This document shows, in pieces, positions 13,040 to 25,710 of a stretch of DNA of 64,000 nucleotides (its first letter is position 1; each line of letters starts with the position of its first letter). Both the position numbers and the translations under genes were made by a program. The DNA lies in NCBI GenBank assembly GCA_013239625.1, contig MU054323.1:15132029-15196028 (forward strand), in the 5' to 3' direction. Under the pieces are notes generated by a model. It was not told the origin of the DNA. It worked only from the letters and a program-made list of their open reading frames with translations, and ran no database searches. The stretch comes from Lama guanicoe. Taxonomy: Eukaryota.

Positions 13040-13789
13040 TAATTGAATTGTTAAAAAAGCATGTGGTGGTATTTACAATTTTAAAGGTAAAAAAATCTAT
13101 GAACTAAACACCAATTTGTAGAAGTGTACCTTGTAAAAGAGTAACTAAATATATTGCACCTCTATTGTTTTCTGGTAGGAAATCGTTTGCTTGAAAACAC
13201 TATCATATGCAAATGGTCTGAAGAGGCCAGCCTAATATATGTTTCAGCTTAGTCGAAAAGGAAGGCCAGTGGATTGATATTTGAACCCCAGATGCTGTTG
13301 GATGAGAGCTTGTTGCCTAAAGCACAGCAAGATAACAAAATCAAACTCACAGAAATCAATATTCAAATACAGTTGCTAACACATCCCATCCATTTATTCT
13401 TTCTGGCAGATCTGTACATAGACATATTTGTCACTTACACTTTAAGATTGATTAGTGGGAATATTAGGGAAATGGCATTGGGGACTTCCTAAATAAAAAA
13501 TAATAAAACCCACAAAGTCTCTACAAAGAACAATTTTATGAATGGCTTTCTTGAAGATGAGTTTACAAAGACAACAGATCATGTTTCACATCAAGTAGTT
13601 AAAGCATCATTTACAATAATTCTTTAGAAGCTAACTCACATTAGGACTCTGTCAAAGACACTCTTAGCTCATAAATCAGTATCTATTTCCTTCTTGCTTA
13701 AGACCCTTTTGTTCAGGGCAGGAATGTGACTGGGTCCATGTCAGAATTGGCTTTCCCAGCCTCCTTAGGAGATAGGGTTGGTTATTCTG

Positions 13790-14090
13790 AAAGGGGACGT
13801 GAGTAAAGGTATGTTGGTGTGCCCTCTGAGAGGGCATGGGCACCCCAATAAAGGGCATATAAGTACTCTTAGCAAGTTTCTTTCCCCTTCTTTTTGCATC
13901 GAAAAACAAGAAATTGCCAGAAGAGAAGTAGCTATTTTACAACCACAAGGCATTAAGAAACCAAGGGCAGGAATTCCGCAGCTGACTACTTCCAGACCAC
14001 TTACTATGTGAGAAAAACAGATTCATAATTTTAAGCCTCTAGAAGTTGAATATGCCATCACTTATAGCTGAGAGCATTTCTAACTAAAAA
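13790..14090 (+). mobile_element. MLT1-type MaLR LTR fragment
   Basis: CTACTTCCAGAC..TATGTGAGAAAAA..TTTAAGCC..ACTTATAGCTGA..CTAACT resembles the MLT1 3' end. Confidence 0.55.
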
Positions 14091-14278
14091 GCTTTTATAA
14101 TTTTATTTCCATCTGAAAGGTATCTTTCTAAAACAGGACATTTTCCCTCCCTTATTAAAAATAATACATTGAATATTTTTACATTTGTTCCTTAATGACT
14201 CAGCATCACATTAAGATGTGAAGTTAAGTATTTTCTAAATTATACCAGCCAGAAAAATAACATCTCCACTGTCACATC

Positions 14279-14508
14279 CTGGGCTGGGACTAGGCTATGG
14301 CAAGTGAGGTACTGACCTTAGGTGCAAAATCTAAGGGAAAATAAAAAACTCAGTAATCCAGATGAATAATCTTTTAATAAAATAGCTTTGAAAGTCAAAA
14401 TTAGTAAATAAAATCCATGATGAACAAAGTATCATTTTAAAAAATCAGCGGCAATATTACTAATTTTTCCTTTTGCCTTAGGCTCCAACATGGCTCAACA
14501 CAGCTCTG
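14279..14508 (+). mobile_element. MER96-like hAT DNA transposon relic
   Basis: GGGCTGGGACTAGG..GCAAGTGAGG..AGGTGCAAAAT start and TTTGCCTTAGGCTCCAACATGGCTC..CAGCTCTG end. Confidence 0.65.
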
Positions 14509-14562
14509 TTTTCTCACCTCTACCATTGACTTCGTAATAGAACAAATATCTTATCTTCCCTT

Positions 14563-15195
14563 TGTTGCAGGAAAAACGGTTGTAGGATGTGAGGAAGGCC
14601 ATGCCCCAGGCTTTGGTTGAGCCCCTGGGAGGTGCCCCGCAAAGTGTGGGTCCGTGGCTTTGCACAGGAAAGAATTTAAGAGTGAGCCACGGTTGAGTAA
14701 AGGTAGATTTACTCAAAGAGATACATTGAAAGGCAAGAGAAAGGCCATGAGCTTTGGGGGGTTGGGTGCTCAGATTAAAAGCCGGTACACACTCCATAGA
14801 CAGAGTGTGGGCTGTCTCCGAAAGGAGAGAGAGAGAGGCAGCGGCAAACTGCCATGTTGTCAGTTTTTATGGACTTTGTGGCTTCATATGCTAATAAGTG
14901 GAAGGACCAGTCTAAGTAGCCTGGGGAAGGGGTTGGGATTCCCAGGAAGTTGGCCATTTTCCATTCTGACCTTTTGTGGCTAGCCTTGGGACTGCCATGG
15001 TGCCTGTGGGCATGTTATTCACCATGCTTATATATTACAATGAGTGTATAATGAAGCTCAAGATCTACTAGAAGTTAAATCTCCCATCATCTTGAGCCTC
15101 AAGGCCTACTGGGGGTTGAATCTTTCACCATTTTGATGTTAATTGTTGTAGCATTCCTTGAATGGCTGTGCCCTGCCCCCTTCCATCCTGTCTCA
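14563..15195 (-). mobile_element. ERV1 solo LTR, MER41-like
   Basis: TG...CA termini with 4-bp TSD CCTT (14559-14562, 15196-15199). Reverse strand starts TGAGACAGGA. Carries GCCCACACTCTGTCTATGGAGTG and CTCTTAAATTCTTTCCTGTGCAAAGCC, typical of MER41/MER4-group LTRs. Confidence 0.85.
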
Positions 15196-16934
15196 CCTTG
15201 AACCAGAAGAATTGAAGATTAAGAAGCAAACTAAAGACCAAGCTCTTTAATTCAGTAATTTTAACACTTTATACCTCTCCTGCAGTGTGCATAGGCCTGG
15301 GGACAGCTTTTTTTTCCTTCCTGTTATTTAGAAATCTTTGTTCACAGTGAATTCTGGTTTTGCTTCCAGATGGTTATGGTCATCAGAATTCTCAATTCCA
15401 TTTCAGTGGAGTAACGTATTAATTCAGCAGTGTCCTAATCAGACTCTCCCAAAATTCATGAAGTTATCTAAATATAAATATATCTTTAAAATCTATAAAT
15501 GTTTACAAACATTTCTGTAATGACATTTGCTTAAGATTTTGATTTGGTTCAATAAACATTTATTGAGCACTTTATAGTCATCAGGCGCTGCAGGCTTTGA
15601 GGATGCAAAAATTGAGGGGAAAAAAAGATCCCTATGTTGTTTGCAATATTTTTAAACACTCATTTCTCAGTTGCCTGTAGGACTGAAACATGAAACTGTT
15701 TTAAGATTAAATATCAGGTGAACTGATGATGGGCTAGCTAATATATCAGAAACAAAGAGATCTTTTGCAATAAATGTGGAATTACACTATGTTTATCTAA
15801 GTCTTCTAACTGTCCCAATGGGATAGCGACTGAGAGCAGGTGCAAATGTGAAACAAATGTCTGGGAGGATAATGATGGGGTATGGCATCTGGGTATTCTT
15901 CAATCCATCAGGAATAAAATTGACTGGATTAGAGCTTTTGTAGGAAGAAGGGTCAGAGAACAAAGGCATTTTCCTCTCTGTCCCTAGGCAAGCCCATCCA
16001 GTTAAGAAAGGTCAGAGTCAAGGACTGTGTGTCAGATGTAAGCCTTTTCATGCCACCAATCAGTGAATTTCAAGGCTCTTTATGCTCCCTGTAGGATATC
16101 AGTGGAATTAGTGATGAGAGGCAAGATGCATCAGTGAAAACTCATTATGACTCATCCCTTTTCAGTTATCTAACAGTCTCCCTCTGTGATAAAGGATCAT
16201 CAAAGAACTAGACTTAAGTGATTTTAAATGTTTTTTTAAAAAGTCATAAAGAATGGCAGTTTCCATACAGTTGAATCTCCTCAAAGGTGAATCACTTGTC
16301 TGCATCAATGACAAGCTTTTTTTTTTCCTGTCAGTGGAATCAGAGAATCACATTTACCTGATTCTAAAGTGGTACCTTTAACATCTGTCTCCCTAAACAC
16401 AGGCAGAGCATCAGTAATCACCACCTGAATTTCAAATGCAGATAAATACTATATTGGAACCCCCAAGCAAGGCTCAGCTAATGTTCTGCAGACTGGAAAG
16501 AGCTATAGAATTTTTCATTTAATTTAGAAGCAGCCTGATAACATGAAGACGCCTGTACTTTGGTGTCTGGAAGACTTGTTTTTTTGTTGGTTTGGGGGTT
16601 TTGTCCCCGACGGATACACTTCCTATCTTCCTGCCTACATTGCTGCCCTTTACTTTTTCTCCCAAAAGACCAAGAAATTTAAAAAGGTATAGTTTACTTC
16701 ATCCTGGAGCTCTGTAGAGATCATGTCCACAATATCCAAACAGTGCCTCTTTAATCTTCATCTATTATTTCAGATTTTTCCAGTCCATCCATTATCAACA
16801 CCCATTGAGAAGCTCACATTCCTGTTTTAATGGTGCCTCAGTCCTCCAATTAACTGTGACTCCCCAATTTTTACAGTCAATTAGGATTATATCAAGGACC
16901 TCCTATGCACACTGCAGTGATGAGAGCACATAGG

Positions 16935-17271
16935 AAGCTGCTGACCATGGTCCTAAACCTGCATATAGACTTGTATGTGTCAGGCCTATTATGTCATATT
17001 TTACCAAAAATCAAATAACTTACCTACCTTTTTTTTTCTTTTTAAGTCAGGAGATGCAATAAATCTAAATTCCTAGCTTCTTGAGAAATTAGATAGTGTG
17101 GCAAGACTAGGACTGTATTACTATATTCCTGTGTGGCGACATTGCCTGGGGCTAAGTAGGAGCCACTGGCTTTAGAGGTGAAAGCTAGTCAGCTTGCCAC
17201 AATTGCCCCTGTTATGTCATATTCATTATAGTACTGCTGGATGCCTTTAGACATTTGAGTTTATACCCCTT
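16935..17271 (-). mobile_element. MER102-like hAT-Charlie relic
   Basis: TCAGGAGAT..AAATCTAAATTCCTAGCTTCTTG..GGCAAGACTAGG and terminal TAGACATTTGAGTTTATACCCCT. Confidence 0.55.
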
Positions 17272-17374
17272 AAGGCTGAACAATCACTGGCACTACTGTA
17301 AAATGGCACTAGGACATAATACAGTTGTAATCTCCAAACCACTAAGAGGGAATAAGAATCATAACGGTAATCAT

Positions 17375-17545
17375 AACAAACAACTATGGCAATATGATTA
17401 CTACATGTTTTACATAGATTAACTCATTCAATCTTCAACAACTGTTTGAACAAAGTATTAATATGATCCCTATTTTTCAGTTAAGGAAACTGTGGCACAG
17501 AGAGGTTGACTGACTTGCCTGGTCATATGGCAAATAAGTGGCATT
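17375..17545 (-). mobile_element. MIR SINE
   Basis: Core ATTTTTCAGTTAAGGAAACTGTGGCACAGAGAGGTT..TGACTTGCC. Confidence 0.8.
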
Positions 17546-19109
17546 GTTGGAATAAAGTGAGATATCTGTGAAGCTGCTCTGAAAAAGCTAAACGCTATGC
17601 AAATTTAAAATATGTTATTATTGTTAATATTGATATCTATTCCATCAATTTATCCAGCAGGAAGGCACAATTCTTGTTACAAGAAAAAATACCGATTGCC
17701 AGGTAGATGCCCATTATTAAATTTCTTCCTATGAATGAGTAAAGGAATATATACAAAAGAAAAAAAATGAAGATTATGCAAAAAGAAATAACTTTGGAAG
17801 GAAGTGAAAATATGATAATAGATTAGGATTGTTAGATTGTTGATTTAACCTTAAAACTATTACATTAATTATAATTTTCAATTCACTTAGTTTTTGTTTT
17901 GTTTCTAAAATAAAGCTGAACATTGTCTGAAGCCCAATAATATTTCTTTCCATGCTTCTCTGATGTAGACATAATGGTTAATGACAAATTAATACCAATA
18001 CATCCAGCCTTATGCCTATCTCAATGCCTTTCCCTAGGTCTTAATGTTTTTTTCCTTCTGCAGTAACGTAAGGCCATTTTTCAACAACAACAAAAAAAGT
18101 TAAAAAGGCAATTTGTACGCTTTCTTCAAGTAAAATCTCCTCCTTCCCCATTTGCATTCCTTGGTTACTGACTTTATTTGAAGTCCCAAAAGCCATATAG
18201 TAAAAGCGGGATCTGGATGATAGTAATGGATGTAATATTTCAGTGTCTACGTGTTATTAATGACTGACGGTATTTCACATTTTTCTCTTTTAATCTTCAC
18301 AATAACCCTGTAAGATATTAATGCGTGAGTGATCGGTAACCTCTCAACAATATAAATGTGACTTATCTTGACATAGAATATTATGGGCATATAAAAATAA
18401 AGGGCATCAGCTGTGAATTTCTGAATTATTTAGATTGTTATTATGATTTCATTACTTGGATTCAGAAAGGACTTTACGGATCCTCTGGACTTCATTTTCC
18501 AGAGAGGAAACCAATTCCCAGTGAGTTAGTGGCAGAGCTGGAACAAGAAACACAGTGTCCTGATTCCCATTTCAGATTTCTTTCCACTCTAACATACCTT
18601 ATTTTCTGAAGATAAAAAGGTAAAAGAACATACAGTTTCCTTCTGTTTGCAAAAACAGGTCCTATTTACAGAGGTAAGCTATAAGGGACAAATTTTAAAC
18701 AACCATGAAATATAATGAGGACACCAGTATGGATGAAAAGCAGATTTTTTTTCCTTCAGTAGAAGAGATGAGGATTGGGAGGAGGTAATAATCCCCATTA
18801 CACAGACTGCAGTTTTCAACAAAGGAATCCTCACTTCTGAAAGTGAGTCACACTAAATATCCATTTTGTAGGTTACCACACAGATTTTTAATTGTCACAG
18901 TTTAACATTGCTCATTCAGTTATTGAGTCATGTTCTCCTTGACAGCAGAAGGGCAATTTCCACTGTATAGTCTCCACGTTCAATGTCATTAACCATGACT
19001 TACTGAAATTTGCACCATGTTGAGCAGTATTCGGTATGTGCAGATCCAGAATAAATAGTGTCTTTGCCACCAGTCAGCTATCTTGCTAGCCTCTGAATAA
19101 CTTTAGAGT

Positions 19110-19790
19110 TGCAACAGTGGATGGACTGTGCTCCCAGGAGCAACTTCTCCACCTGTGCCTGTATCTCCTCTCCTCTCACCTATGTCTCAGCAGTGCTCCA
19201 GCAACTGTCCCTCTCTTTCCTGCACCATCAGTGTCTCCTCTGCTGGTTACTTTCCACCAACCTACAAAGAGGCTGCAACTGTTTCCACCTTAAACATTAA
19301 AAGTTAAAAAATATATTTGATCCCACATTTTTCCCCAACTGTCTTTATATGTCTGCTCTGTTTGATAGAAAAACTAAGAAGATATGTTGAAATATATCCA
19401 TTTCATTTCCTCCCTTCTCTGTTGAACCATTGCCAGCCAGGCTGCTCTGTCACAGCCGCTTATCACCTCCACATTGTGGAATCTGTGGGCAGTTCTCAAT
19501 CTTCATTTTCTTTTACTCCTCAGCAATATTTGATTCAATTGGCCACTCCTCCATCCCGAAACACATTCTTCACGTGACATCACTCTTTTGGTTTTCCTCC
19601 TTTTTCTCGGATAACATTTTCCTCAGTCTCTTTGCTGGATTTCTCTCATGTCGCAACCTTTTAGTAGTGTCTGTACATACAGTCCTCTGAGTATTTCATA
19701 TCCTTACCTACCCTCTCTCTTTTAATGATCACATTCATTTTTTGTATTACCTATTTAATTCCCACATTTATATCTCTAGCCCAGATTCTT
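19110..19790 (+). mobile_element. L2 ORF2 fragment
   Basis: CTCAGCAATATTTGATTCAATTGGCCACTCC (LSAAFDTVDH-like) and CCCACATTTATATCTCTAGCCCAGA. Confidence 0.65.
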
Positions 19791-19911
19791 ATTTTGTAGT
19801 TGGCTTTATTCCTTTGATAACTATGTAAGTTTAAAAAGCTAAAGCTCTAAACGTTCTTAGAAACAATGAATCGTACATATATGTAAATTTTAAAATATAT
19901 GTACAGTGAAA

Positions 19912-20455
19912 AAAAAAAGAGAAATGAGCTATCAAGCCATGAAAGACATGAAAGAAACTTAAAAGACATGTAACTAAATGAGAGAAGCCAGTCTGAAAAG
20001 GCTACAAACTGTACTATTCCAACCAAATGACATTCTGGAAAAGGCACAGCTACAGAAACAATAAAAAGATCGTGGTTTCCAGGGGGGTGGGGAGAGGGAG
20101 TGAGGGGGAATGAACAGATGTAGCACAAGGGATTTTTAGGGCAATGAAATTATTCTGTATGATACTATAGTGGCTGCATGTCATTATCCATTTGTCAAAA
20201 CCCATAGAATATACAACATCAAGAGTGAACCCTAATGTAAACTATGAACTTTGGTTGATAATAATGTGTCCATATTGGCTCAATGATTGTACCAAATGTG
20301 CCACACTGGTGAGGGATGTTGAGGGTAGGGGAGTATATATGTGTGGGTGGGGAGGGCTATGTGCGAATTCTCTGTATTTTCTGCTCAATTCTGCTGTGAA
20401 CCTGTAACTGCTCTAAAAAAATTAAGTCTATTAGTTAAAAAATAAATAAATAAAA
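19912..20455 (+). mobile_element. L1MC-like 3' UTR fragment
   Basis: AATGAGCTATCAAGCCATGAAAGACATG..AAGAGTGAACCCTAATGTAAACTATG..ACTGCTCTAAAAAAATTAAGTCTATT; homologous to 6370-6896. Confidence 0.88.
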
Positions 20456-22671
20456 TTTTTTTAAAAGAATCATCCTTTTATTCCAGGGCAACTTCTGTGT
20501 CTTTGCTCTTGACCCACTCTGATCAATTAATTACTCTTTTTCTCTCCTAATCCTCAGTCTCTTCCTCACTACTGGCATGTTCTTCAGCTTATTAAAATAA
20601 TCAAGGTTTCCTGTGGGCTGTTTCTTTTTAAGTTCCCTTTACTCTGTGATCCCATTTACATACTCTCTTCATGATCTCATTCTTTTCAGCCATGTTTCTT
20701 GAAAGAGTAACATCTCACATAATCAATTCTTGATATCCCTAAATTCTCAAGCCTTTAAACATATATTTTGAGTAATTTCCATAAATAATATTCTTGAACA
20801 CATGACTCAAAGGTTACATAAAATGTTCCAAATTTCCATATTATTCTGAAATTACTGTCTCACACAATAGAAATATTTTTGTGGTGTAACAAGCTACTAA
20901 TTATTTCTCTTGATAAGGACAGTGGAGTCAGTGATTATACTTTCTCTAGCCCCATTTTGATGAATTCTTTTCACTTGAAGATGCTTTCTTTTATTTTCTA
21001 GTTTATTTTCAATGAAATAAGGCAAACTATTTTCTTTTGCATTTTTGCCACAGTATTAATTCTACTCCCTTAGGTGTTTATTGAATATTTGCTTAGTTTA
21101 ACAAAACTAATTTGTTTATACATAAATTAATAATAAATTCTAACTAGGATGCTTTATGAATAGACTCAGATAAAATGTGTGAATAGTGATAATACATTTG
21201 CTTATTCTTTATGCTCAATACTGTTCTGTGGGACTGTGTTTCCCTAAACAAAAGAACTCCATGGCAGTCCTCATGAAGATTCTTTTTTGGGCAGCTATGA
21301 AGTACTAAACTCGTCAGTCAATTTAGCCAGGTCAAACTCATCAAGTAATTAATTGGCACAATAATAAAAAAAAAGATGGATTGATTTTCCACCTTTTCAA
21401 TAAGTTAATTTTTCTTTGTGAAATCATCTTTTGAAGAGAGCTTTCTGAAGCTTCAGACATTGACTTCAGACTGTTCATCATTCAGCAGTTTCTGAGTTAG
21501 AAGTAGAGGTTGCAAGAGACTCATTTGACAGGAAGGGAAATTACTTGGAGGAGTGGAGTGTGCCAGTCAATTTGTCAGGTGTTTTCTCATTAAGGACTTC
21601 AGAGATAAGGGTCAGTCTTTGAGCTGGGAACAAATTCTAAATACACGCTTTCCTATTAAATGGTTTCACAAAAAGCCAAATTCCAAACCATTTGGAGCTT
21701 TGAAGATAAGGGTACACACATTGCCAAGTTCCTATCAACTGAGCTGCCATTGTTATTAATTATTGTAATAATGGCTCACACACAAGAGGCATTACCTGAC
21801 TTGCATTGACTCAGTGCATCATCAGCCGCAAGTGGAGAAACCCCAGTAATAGCAGATGTTGGGAAAATGTAGAAGTCCCTTTCTAGCAAATGACTTCTGC
21901 AATGAATAATTAAAGTTTTATTTTTAATTCAGTCCAATTGATTTTGGTCTCAAGTTTTTCCCTTAATTGAAAATGACTGTCTAACATTGATAAAATTCAC
22001 TAGATCAGCCTTCTGTATGCATCTCTGAAGGGAGCCATGGGAAATGCAATGATGCACACCTCAGGGCTCTACTCTCAAAGTATTTAATAGCCAGTAGGGA
22101 GCTACATATAAAACACCATGATATAAAGTAGTGTATGATTGGCTTGAGACGTATAGAGCAACTTTGTGGATTAGAAGAAGATAGATCTCTTTCAGCTGAG
22201 GAAATCGAGGAAAGCAAAGTATTCCTGCTGAATGGTTTGAACTTCAGAGTGGATGGCTAGAGCAGCAAGAGGAAAGTGTGCTCAAGTGAGGAGAAAAACT
22301 AAGCATAAGGTCCTTTTGGTGCATATTTAGATGGTGAGTAAACCGGTTTTCCTGCAGAACAGATTTGTTTAAATGAAGGGGAAATGAGAATGAAAAGATA
22401 ATTTTGGAATATGTAAGGTAAAAAAAGGACTAGAAATAGAGAAATGGTGGGAAAAATCAAAAGAAAACTGTTTTCACATAAATGAAAGACAATCCTCAAA
22501 CTTATAGAATGTTCTCAAGCAGATGTAAAACCAAAGTGACCATAGTCATTCCACAATTATGACCTGCCATACTTTTCCATCTTGATATTTCCTTTGCCTT
22601 TGACTTGGTACTATCACAATTACTTCCTAAACATTTTATGTCCTAGTTTCAGGTTATACTTACATGCAGAC

Positions 22672-24330
22672 TTCTTTTTTGTTTGTTTGTTTTTAAAAAT
22701 AAGCCTTTCTTAAGGCCAGTTTTAGATTTACAGTGAAGTTGCAAAGATAGTACAGAAAGTTCCCATGTACACAGCACCCAGTTTCCTCTGTTGTCAAAAT
22801 CTTATATTAGTGTGGTATACTTGTCACAATAAATGTCAAAACTTATACAGATGCATTGTTACTAACTAAAATCCATACTTTTTTCAGATTTATATAGTTT
22901 TTACCTATTACAATTTTTCTATTCTAGAATCTTATCCAGAATAACCACAGTGTATTTGGCTGTCATGTCTACTTAGGCTCTTCTGTGCTGTGGCAGTTCT
23001 CAGACTTTCCTTGTTTTTGATGACTTTGAGGGGTAGTAGTCAGGTATTTTGTAGAATGTCCCTCAATTTATGTTCGTTATTTTTGTCATGGTTAGACTAG
23101 GGTTATGAGTTTTGGAAAGAAAGAGCACAGAAGTAAAGTGCCATTTTTATCACATCATATTCAGAGTACGTACTGTCCACTCTTGACACTAAGCTTGATG
23201 GCATGGCAGAGGTAGCGTTTCTCAAGTTCCTGTGCCATCAAGTTATTCCTCTTCTCCCCTTTTCATACTGTACACTTTAGAAGGAATTCACTGTGTTTAG
23301 ACCACCCTTAAGGGATGGTTGGGAGAGGAAGCAGAGTTATGCTTTACCTTCTTGAGAGTAAAGTAGCTACATGAAGTATTTGGAACTCTGCACAGGATAT
23401 TTGTGTCTATTCCTCATCATTTATTTATTCAATCAAATATTTATATCAACAGATTCATGGATATTTATTTTATATTTTGGGTGATAACCCAATACCATGT
23501 TACCTATTTTGTTGCTCAAATTGTTCCAGTTTTAGCCATTGGAAGCTGTTTCAGTTGCTTCTTGCATCCCTTTGAAATACTCCCATCAGATATTTTTTTA
23601 ATGAGCAATTTTTTTTTTCTTTTTGGTACTACAGTCTGGTCCAAGCTCATCTTGTGTGTATTCACTGCACCCGCTCTAGATTTAGCCATTTCCCCAAGAA
23701 ACCCTGGCTCCTTTTATTGGAGAATGTTACTAGAAATCAATACATGGACTCTGGGTGTACTCATTGCTGCTAGGCTGTGATTTATGCCAGACCTTCTCAG
23801 CAAACAGAGCTTAGAAATGTATGTATGTACACTAACCCATACATACACACATCTGTAATTGTTTCTATAATTAGCCATCTGTATCTACCTGAAACTAAAC
23901 ATCAGTCCATATGGACGCATCTCCCTGTAATCCAGTACTAAATGACTTATTCTAGCCTTCCTTCTTTGCATATCTATAACCTCCTACTCCATCGGTAGCT
24001 CTCACCATTCATTTATTTACATATTTATTCAGTACTACTATGCAAAGTGGTTGTTTTAACTTGCAGTTCCATAACAACAAATGATGTTGGGCATCTTCTC
24101 GTGCACTTACTTGCCATCTGTATATCATCTTTGCAGAGGTATCTATTCAGATCTTTGCCTTGGGTTGTTTTTTGTTCTTTTTATTTAGTTTTTTTCTTCT
24201 GAATATATATATTCTTGACTTTCTGGATATTTATCAGATATGTGATTTGTAAATATTTCCTCCCAGTCTGTGGCTTGCCTTTTCATTCACTTAATGGTGT
24301 TTTGAAGACTTCATTTTTTTCGAAACTTTA
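22672..24330 (-). mobile_element. L1MC4/L1MD-like 3' region
   Basis: T-rich end, CAGTTTTAGATTTACAG..TTGCAAAGATAGTACAGA, GGTATTTTGTAGAATGTCCCTCAATTT, and ORF2-end TTCCTCCCAGTCTGTGGCTTGCCTTTTCATT. Confidence 0.8.
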
Positions 24331-25129
24331 AATTTAAATAATAATTCAACACCAATGAATTCATCCTTGTATTTTTTTTTTTTACTGGCCTAAATGTAAA
24401 ATTACTCTTTGTTCATTTCTTTCAATCATCCAATTTTTAAAAGTCTGCTCAAATGGAGTTAGTCTCTCAACAATGTTTGTAGCTCACATTGGTTCAAAAT
24501 TCAGGGAAGTGGGGAGGGCCCACCACTGTGGAAGATCCTGTGATTCCCCAGCAACATCCCTATTACTTTCCTCCTACTGCCAGTGTGGGAGTACATTAAA
24601 GCAGACTTGCTTTTTCTGAGGATTATCTCCAACTACATTCCCATCAAAGAGAAACAAGGAGCCAGTGAAGTGAAAAAAATTAATAGATTCCATACCATTT
24701 AAAATGATTCCACTAATTTTTTGTAGCAGTAAATATCAATTTATTCAGCAGTAGATTTCAATTTTGTTTCTAATTTGCCAATGTTGCCCTCCAGTAGACC
24801 TCAAATTAGAGGGCTAAGCACTAAGAAATGGAAGACAATGACACTGCAATTAGAAATTCTTCTAAAATATTCAATTAACTATTTGGAAAAGTAGTAAATG
24901 ATTCAACTTATTTGTTGGTAAAATGCATGTATGAAATTTGATTTAGATTGGGTTCATAACTGTTTCTTAGATTGATTATAACCTATTTTTAATTTGGGGG
25001 ATATCTAGTTACATCTGAATCTGCTCTGGTATGGTTGGGACTTAGATAAATTTGAAGTTTGCCATGGAAAATTAACTATTTGGCTACTCTAAAAGATACT
25101 AGAGTAAAGTGCCTAAAGTACCTAACTTT

Positions 25130-25331
25130 AAAAAAAATTTTTTTTAAATTGAAGTATAGTCAATTACAGTGTGTCACACTCTGGTGTACAGCACAGTGTC
25201 CCAGTCATGCATATATATACATAGATTCATTTTCATATTTTTTCCATTAAAGGTTATTACAAGATATTGAACATAGTTCCCTGTGCTATACAAAAGAAAC
25301 TTTTTAAAATCCATTTTTATATATAGTTCTG
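25130..25331 (-). mobile_element. Lineage-specific L1 3' end, heavily 5'-truncated
   Basis: TTTTAAATTGAAGTATAG..TATTACAAGATATTGAACATAGTTCCCTGTGCTATACA. TSD AAGT(A/G)CCTAACTTT at 25116-25129 and 25332-25345. Confidence 0.88.
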
Positions 25332-25569
25332 AAGTGCCTAACTTTTATTATAATGGGATTTGTTGTGAGCAAGAGAGCACTAGAAATAAGAAAGGAACTT
25401 CTATCATAGTCCTAGCATTGTGAGATGATACACAAAAGAGATCCTTGTCTAATCTCATTTGGGTTTGGGGTTGTTTCTGTTTTTGAAGTTCCCCTATCAT
25501 CTTTTGTAACCTCTCTAATCCCAAAGAAATGTGAGGGAGAGATCTGTATGTTTACAGTCACAGTTTAAT

Positions 25570-25710
25570 TCAGACAATGTGTGAATCTCTCCCTAAGCCT
25601 CAGTTTCTACAACTGAAAAGAAATATGGAAAATGTGTGCCTTAGGGTTACTGTGAGGACCAGCTGAAAAAATGAAGATGAAATTTGCAAAGCCCCAACAC
25701 AAAGTTAGCG
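25570..25710 (+). mobile_element. MIR fragment
   Basis: CTCTCCCTAAGCCTCAGTTTC..GGGTTACTGTGAGGA core. Confidence 0.6.
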
